64,000 nucleotides of DNA, taken from the NCBI GenBank assembly GCA_049720225.1, contig JBNASD010000001.1:228733-292732 (forward strand), in the 5' to 3' direction. This document shows, piece by piece, positions 55,689-61,900 of the stretch; position 1 is the stretch's first letter; each line of letters starts with the position of its first letter. Source of the DNA: Microgenomates group bacterium (GTDB lineage Bacteria > Patescibacteriota > Microgenomatia > PFEM01 > JBNASD01). Position numbers and translations under genes: made by a program. The notes under the pieces are model-generated. The model made no database searches and had not been told where the DNA came from. It was given only the letters and a program-made list of their open reading frames with translations.

Positions 55689-55723
55689 TAATTTTAAATT
55701 TTAAATTTTAAATTTTAAATTTT
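55689..55723. repeat. Tandem 7-bp repeat (ATTTTAA)n with about 5 copies, immediately upstream of the rmlA start codon and overlapping the stop of the YkuK-like gene.
   Basis: The sequence reads directly as ...gta attttaa attttaa attttaa attttaa atttt caag. Coordinates are approximate to within a few nt. Confidence 0.7.
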
Positions 55724-56214
55724 CAAGTGTGTTTGTCAGCCACAGAAAAAGCACCGTAAGATTCAGGTTTTGTTTTAGCGATAAAACCATTTCCTACTAC
55801 CATTCCTACCACCTCTTTAATCATCTCTCGTGTTGGCCCAACATCCCCTACATCAATATGAATTTCTAATTTATATCTTTCTCCGTTTAATCTTTTAGTT
55901 AAATCAGGAACTAATTTCTCTGCCAATTGAATTGATAAAAGAGTTTCGGTATAAATTTTATCCCGTAAACTGGCGATTTTTTCAATTTTATTTTTCTGCC
56001 AGAAATATCGTCCCCCTTTATTTTTTCGGTGAATCACCACTGCGGTTACAAAATCAACCGGTTTATTAAAGCTTAGTTTTCCTGATTTAGAATCAGTACC
56101 AATGATTAATTTATAAAAATAATCAGGTTCTTCCCGCATAAAAGCCACTAAATCATCTACCATTTCCTCAATGGTCATTTTTCCCTTGGAAGGACTGATA
56201 AAAAATTTTTTCAT
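55723..56214 (-). CDS. YkuK/DUF458-like predicted RNase-H-fold protein. The start is probably MKKFFISPSKGK at 56214; the track start at 56289 would overlap rtcB head-to-head.
   Basis: KLIIGTDSKSGK...VDFVTAVVIHRKNKGGRYFW...IHIDVGDVGPTREMIKEVVGMVVGNGFIAKTKPESYGAFSVADKHT matches the conserved blocks of the YkuK family (GTDS...vtvvviH.k.kGG...e.h.D.g....S........G......G......KP.a.aa..AD+h). Confidence 0.5.
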   Translation of the reverse strand: MKKFFISPSKGKMTIEEMVDDLVAFMREEPDYFYKLIIGTDSKSGKLSFNKPVDFVTAVVIHRKNKGGRYFWQKNKIEKIASLRDKIYTETLLSIQLAEKLVPDLTKRLNGERYKLEIHIDVGDVGPTREMIKEVVGMVVGNGFIAKTKPESYGAFSVADKHT

Positions 56215-56260
56215 CTTAAGCTTATATTTTAGCACAATTTTGCTAAAATATTTATTAATT

Positions 56261-57670
56261 ATGGAAATAAAACTCAAAAAAGTAGGCATTCATTGCTGGG
56301 AAATTCCCCAACAAAAGGGAATGAAGGTAAAAGCGGTTATTTATGCCAAAAAAGAGCTTTTATCACAAATTTATCGCGATCAATCTCTAAATCAACTAAT
56401 TGATGCCGCTTCTTTGCCTAAAGTAATTTCTCCCGTTATTGCTATGCCTGACGTTCATGAAGGATTTGGTCTTCCTATTGGAGGAGTAATGGCTACTGAT
56501 GGACTAGTTTCTGCTGGAGCAGTAGGAATGGATATTAATTGCGGGGTAAGACTTCTTTTTAGCCAATTAATCTATGATCCTCAAGTTTTTTCTCCAGCAT
56601 TTTTAAATCTTTTAATCAAAAAAATTGAAAAAAAAGTTCCTTTGGGATTAGGAGGAAAACACCGTTCTCCTTTAACCATTTCTTTTAAAGAAGTGGTAGA
56701 AAAAGGAGTAAAAGCACTCTTAAAAGACAAAATTGCCAACGAAGACGATCTTCAGGCTATTGAGGAAAATGGTTGTTTAGAAGGAGCGCTTTTAGAAAAT
56801 CTTTCCCCTCAAGCAATTAAAAGAGCAGAAAAAGAATTAGGAACATTAGGTTCAGGAAATCATTTTATTGAAATTCAAAGAATTACCCAGATTTACGATG
56901 AAAACTTAGCCAAAAAATGGGGGCTTTTTGAAAATCAAATTTGTGTAATGGTTCACACCGGTTCTCGTGCTTTAGGTCATCAAACCTGTATTGATTATAC
57001 TAACAAATTTTTTAAAGAACAAAAAAATTATGGAATTACTTCTCCTAATAAAAATTTTTCTTCTTTACCCGCAGATTCTCCTTTAGGAAAGGCTTATTTA
57101 TCGGCAATGGCAGGGTGTGTTAATTTTGCTTTTGCTAATCGCCAATTAATTACTTTTTTTATTCGTCAGGTTTTTCAAGAAGTATTTTTAAAGCCAGAGG
57201 CTAAGCTCTCTCTTCTTTATGACGTTGCTCACAATATCGCCAAATGGGAAATCCACCAAGGAAAACGAGTTTTAGTTCACCGTAAAGGTGCTACCCGAGC
57301 TTTGCCCACCAATCACCCTCAAAATCCTCCAAAATATCTTTCTACTGGTCATCCGGCAATTGTTCCCGGAAGTATGGGAACTTCTTCTTATATTATGGTT
57401 GGTCTTCCTCCTGCTGAAAAAACTTTTTATTCCATCAATCATGGAGCGGGAAGAGTAATGAGCCGAACAGAAGCAATTAATACTATTAAAAAACAAGATT
57501 TTGAAGAAAAAATGGGAAAAATTGTTTATAATCTACCTTTTTTCAAAATTGCCGATGAAGCTCCTCAAGCTTATAAAGACATTGATTTGGTCGTAGAAAC
57601 TTTAGTTGAGGCAGGATTAACCAAAAAAGTTGCTCAACTTAAACCACTGGCAGTCATTAAAGGAGTCTAA
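56261..57670 (+). CDS. rtcB: RtcB RNA 3'-phosphate ligase (tRNA-splicing ligase family). The start is at the internal MEIKLKK at 56261.
   Basis: MPDVHEGFGLPIGGVMA, MDINCGVRL, GSGNHFIEIQ, HTGSRALGHQ, AIVPGSMGTSSYIM and NHGAGRVMSR are the metal-binding and GMP-His motifs of RtcB. Confidence 0.9.
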   Translation: MEIKLKKVGIHCWEIPQQKGMKVKAVIYAKKELLSQIYRDQSLNQLIDAASLPKVISPVIAMPDVHEGFGLPIGGVMATDGLVSAGAVGMDINCGVRLLFSQLIYDPQVFSPAFLNLLIKKIEKKVPLGLGGKHRSPLTISFKEVVEKGVKALLKDKIANEDDLQAIEENGCLEGALLENLSPQAIKRAEKELGTLGSGNHFIEIQRITQIYDENLAKKWGLFENQICVMVHTGSRALGHQTCIDYTNKFFKEQKNYGITSPNKNFSSLPADSPLGKAYLSAMAGCVNFAFANRQLITFFIRQVFQEVFLKPEAKLSLLYDVAHNIAKWEIHQGKRVLVHRKGATRALPTNHPQNPPKYLSTGHPAIVPGSMGTSSYIMVGLPPAEKTFYSINHGAGRVMSRTEAINTIKKQDFEEKMGKIVYNLPFFKIADEAPQAYKDIDLVVETLVEAGLTKKVAQLKPLAVIKGV

Positions 57671-57924
57671 CGAAGTAAAAGAAAAATTACCAGACTACAA
57701 GATAAACCCGCCACTAATAAATATTCCAATATCACCCTAAAATAAAGTTCTTTTTTTAAGGCATGATAAATTATTCCCCATAAAACATAAATACTTCCTA
57801 AAATAATGGTAATCCATACTTGAACTTGACGATTAAAATTAAAAAGCCAATAAAACCAAAAACCAATTGCCAAAATTGTAATTAAGATTAAATAAGGTTT
57901 TATTTCTTTTATTTCAAATTTCAT
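57667..57924 (-). CDS. Small membrane protein of 85 aa with two or three TM helices; hypothetical.
   Basis: ILITILAIGFWFYWLF and IILGSIYVLWGIIYHAL are hydrophobic helices. It overlaps its neighbours by 4 nt at each end, which suggests it is a real, translationally coupled gene. Confidence 0.4.
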   Translation of the reverse strand: MKFEIKEIKPYLILITILAIGFWFYWLFNFNRQVQVWITIILGSIYVLWGIIYHALKKELYFRVILEYLLVAGLSCSLVIFLLLR

Positions 57925-58913
57925 AATATTGCTCCTGGTGTGGTAAAAATAATTGCTAATAATAAAGTAGCAATGAAAAGCAAATGAGCTAAATTTTTTC
58001 CTGAAAGTCTTACCACTTTATTTTGGGCAACTAAAATGCCATCGATAATTAAGGCACCTAAAATTATTCCTAATAAAAATAAAGCAATTGTTTTAGTAAA
58101 CAAAAAGGGAGAAAAAAGAGGGGGAGAAGGAACTTCATTTCCTCCTCGGGCTAAAACTACTGATTGATAAGGAACTTTTTCCTCTAATGGTTTAGTTTCT
58201 TCTGGGGGTAACTGTTCGGAAGGAAGTGTTTCTTCTGGCGATTTCACTTCTGGTTTAGTCTCTTGTTTAATTTCTGTTTTAGTTTTCTGCTCTTGTGTTT
58301 GATTTTTTACTACTAATGAAGGTTTCTTCTCTACCACTGGAGCAGGTGGAGGTGTTCCAAACACTTGAACCACTAAGGTGGTCTCTATCCCGTTTAGAGT
58401 ACCATTTACTACCGCTACTCCTATCTCTTTGAAATTAGGGTTAACAATATTATCCCGATGAGTGGGTGAATTCATCCATGCTTCCACAACTGAGGAACTA
58501 TCCATGAAATCCCGGGCCAAATTTTCTCCGGCATAAATATAACGATAACCGACCTCTTTAAAAAAAGACCAAGGATCTCTTCCCGAAGGAGAAACATGCG
58601 CCCAATAATTGAAAGCAAACATATCGGCTGCTTTTCGTTGAGCCACTTCATTTAATAAAGGATTGTTTACCAGGGGATTAAGTCCTAATTCTGCTCTTTT
58701 TTGATTTGTAAGCTGAATAATTTGTTCGGGAGTAATATTGGATGCATAGCCTAAAACAGAAGGAGAAGTTAAACTAAAAAAATTTAAAAAAAATTGCCCG
58801 GTTAAAAAGAGGGCAACAATTATTGATAAAGAAGCGGGGTGAAGAATTTTTGCTTTATGATTATTACCAGAATGGGGAATAAATAAGTCTTTCAACCACT
58901 CCAAAAGTTTCAT
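57921..58913 (-). CDS. CAP / SCP / PR-1-like domain protein with an N-terminal TM anchor, a Pro/Glu/Lys/Thr-rich linker and a C-terminal TM helix.
   Basis: NEVAQRKAADMFAFNYWAHVSPSGRDPWSFFKEVGYRYIYAGENLARDF...SSSVVEAWMNSPTHRDNIVNPNFKEIGVAVV carries the CAP-domain signature (GENLA, HxxN). The linker reads PPPAPVVEKKPSLVVKNQTQEQKTKTEIKQETKPEVKSPEETLPSEQLPPEETKPLEEK. Confidence 0.65.
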   Translation of the reverse strand: MKLLEWLKDLFIPHSGNNHKAKILHPASLSIIVALFLTGQFFLNFFSLTSPSVLGYASNITPEQIIQLTNQKRAELGLNPLVNNPLLNEVAQRKAADMFAFNYWAHVSPSGRDPWSFFKEVGYRYIYAGENLARDFMDSSSVVEAWMNSPTHRDNIVNPNFKEIGVAVVNGTLNGIETTLVVQVFGTPPPAPVVEKKPSLVVKNQTQEQKTKTEIKQETKPEVKSPEETLPSEQLPPEETKPLEEKVPYQSVVLARGGNEVPSPPLFSPFLFTKTIALFLLGIILGALIIDGILVAQNKVVRLSGKNLAHLLFIATLLLAIIFTTPGAIL

Positions 58914-58958
58914 ATTTTAAATATAACACTTTATTTTTTAGTCAACAAGATCAAAAAT

Positions 58959-61900
58959 TTATGAAGAACGACGACGAGAAAGAAGAAAGAATGTCCCTCC
59001 TAAAATTATTAAAATTATCCCTCCGCCTAAAAGCAAAATTTTCTTATTTTTAGTTACTTTATTAATAATTGATTCTTCCGTTGTTTTCTCTTCTAAAGAA
59101 GCTTTCTCTTCTCCTGGAGAAGTAGCTTCTTCTCCTAAAATTTCTCCCTTTTTCTCCTCTTTAGGTAAAATTTTTACTTCTTCTACTTTTGAAGTTTCCG
59201 AAGGAGTAGGAGTTACTTCTATATAATAGGTTGATCCCCCATCTCCTACTAAACTTGAAGCATTTCCCGCTTTATCAATAGCTCTTAAGGCATAATAATA
59301 TTCTTTATTGGGAATTAAACAACAATCAACAAAATCCATTTCTTGATCAGGCGAACCCCCTCGTTGACCAACCAAAGTTGAAGAATCGGCCGTAAAATTT
59401 CTCACTTCCGAACGATAAACTAAAACCTTTTCAAAATCGCTATTGGAAGGATTTCTCCAATAAAGTTTATATTCGGTTGAGCTTAATCTTTCTTTACGAT
59501 AATCCCGTGGGGCATCAGGAGAAGAAAAATCAATTATTACTTCTTCAATATTGCTCTCCACTCCATTTCCAATTACTTTAAAATAATATTTTCCTTCTCC
59601 GCTAAAATATTCACTTTTGGTTTGAAAGTAACCTGATGGTTCATTTTTGGTAATATCAAACTGCTTCCATCCCTCTCCCTCTTTACGCATCCATCCCTGA
59701 ACGTTGTAGCTGGGAGTTTCGCTGATGTCTAAAACGGTGTAATAAACTTTAAATTCATATTTATTAATTCTTTCTGGTAAATCAGTAATACTTACTTTAA
59801 CTGCCGTCTGAGCATTTTGAGTAACCGTAAATAATATACCCAATCCCAAAATTAAAACTTTAATTATCTTTCCAAATTTAATAAACTTCCTTGTCTTCTC
59901 CCAATTCCTAATTATTAAACCAGTAATAATCATCAATAAAGCCAAAATTAAATGAGAGGTGGGTGAACCAGTTGCCGCTCCCAAAACTTGTCCTTCTGTA
60001 GCCGCTCCCAAAACTGTCCCCCCAAAAATCGGTGAAACTGTTGCGCTATAAGTTGTTCCTGTTCCTATTTTTACCAAAGAAGTGGCAATATTGCTTTCTG
60101 TTCTTATCCCTCCGGTAGGTCGATTATAACCATAAGCATAAGCCTGATTTTCAAAACTTCCTGTTTCCAATCCGCTATCTGTTTTTACCTGGTAAGTAAT
60201 TTCTATACTGGTATTCCCCGCTAAATTTCCTATTGTCCAAGTCAAAACTTGTCCAGAAATACTTGGCTCAACACTAACTCCTCCTACCTTTCCACTCCCC
60301 ACCACATAACTAAATCCATAAGGCAAAACATCCACTACTTTTACTCCATAAGCGGTGTTAGGAGCGGTATTGGTAACGGTAATTTTATAATTTACTGTGG
60401 TTCCTGGTCCAATACTTCCACTGGTATCATTTGTTTTACTAATTCCTAAAATAACTGGCTGAAGTTTATTAAGAAAATTAACAGTTAAAGACGCTCCCGA
60501 AGCGATTGTAAGTCCTCCAGAAACCCGATGTGAATCCTCATTAAGATAACTATCAGTTGGTGTATAACCAGCTAAATCCGTATCTATCAAATCTTCAACT
60601 GCTCGATAAGTACCCGGCCCTAAATTGTCAAAAAGATAACAACCAGTTTCGTCTGTCTCTACCCAATCACCAACATCTTCCCAATTAGTTATTTCTTCTG
60701 AAGATTGCTTTTGTAATTTTATATTTACCCCGGCAATTCCTGGTTCATTTTCATCTTTTACTCCATCCCCATTTAAATCGTCATATTTACAAACCTTAAT
60801 CTCTCCTAATTTGAAATTAGCTATATTAACAGCGGTTATTTCTCCGGGAACAACACTAACATTTTGACAAACACTGGTTGTTGTTTGCCAACCTGGTTTT
60901 AAAATTTCTTTAACTGAATAATTACCAGGTACCAAATTGTTAAATTCAAGATCTCCTTTACTATCAGTTAAACCACTGGAAATCGACGCTTCTTCTAAAC
61001 AATCAAAACCACTAAAAAGTTTTATTTCCCAATTTTCCAAACCTGTTTCTTGTCCATCAATTACTCCATTACCATTAACATCTTCAAATTTATGAACTAA
61101 AATTCCTCCATAACGAATATTTCCAAAACTTTCACCCGTTCGACTTTGTCCTGATCGAGTAATACTTACAATCCGACATCTTGGTCCTTCTTTATTTTTA
61201 TTAGGCGAATAGTTATTAGGATTCCCCACGGGTCCTGTTTGTTTCCAACCAGCTTGAAGAACTTCACACACGCGATAAGTACCTAAGGAAAGATTTTCAA
61301 ATCGATATTGACCAACATTACCAGTATGACCGGTAGTTTTTTCTCCTAAAATATTCCACCCATTATCATAAAGCCTAATTGTCCAACCATTTAAATAAGG
61401 TTCATTGGCGTCTCTTCCTCCATCTTGATTTAAATCCTCATATTTTCTTCCAGAAATTTTTCCTAATTGAAAATTACCAAAATTAACATTTTCAACAACA
61501 GTTCCTGATTGAATTGTAATATCTGGAGGATTGGCGCTTGTCTGGATCCAACCTACTTCTTGTTCTTCCAAAATTCGATAAATTCCTGCGGTAAGTCCAC
61601 TAAATTCATAATTTCCATTTAAATCAGTTGTAGTGATATTATCTACTACTCCATCCGCTCCTTTATCAAGTTTAATTATCCACCCACTTAATCCAGGTTC
61701 ATTATCATCTTTTATTCCGTCTCCATCCAAATCTTCAAATTTCTGTCCAGAAATTTTTCCTAATTGAAAATTAAGAATTTTAAGACTAAAGCCTGAGCCG
61801 GAAACCATAGGAACTGATATAGGATACCACCCGGGACGGGTATGAGAAGTTCTTATCCACCCTACCCTCTCTTCTTCGGAAAGAAGATAGTTTCCGGGCG

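Noticed and set aside
55689-55723. Considered whether the short tandem repeat could be a CRISPR array or minisatellite.
   Set aside because: The unit is only 7 bp with no spacers, there are about 5 copies, and there are no cas genes. It is a simple AT-rich microsatellite.
59820-59965. Considered the hydrophobic segment plus basic tail inside the giant protein to be a sortase (LPXTG-type) sorting signal.
   Set aside because: There is no LPXTG/NPQTN-like pentapeptide upstream (only VLGAATG), and no sortase gene in the window. A TM-hairpin topology is kept as the simpler explanation, with gene fusion as the alternative.
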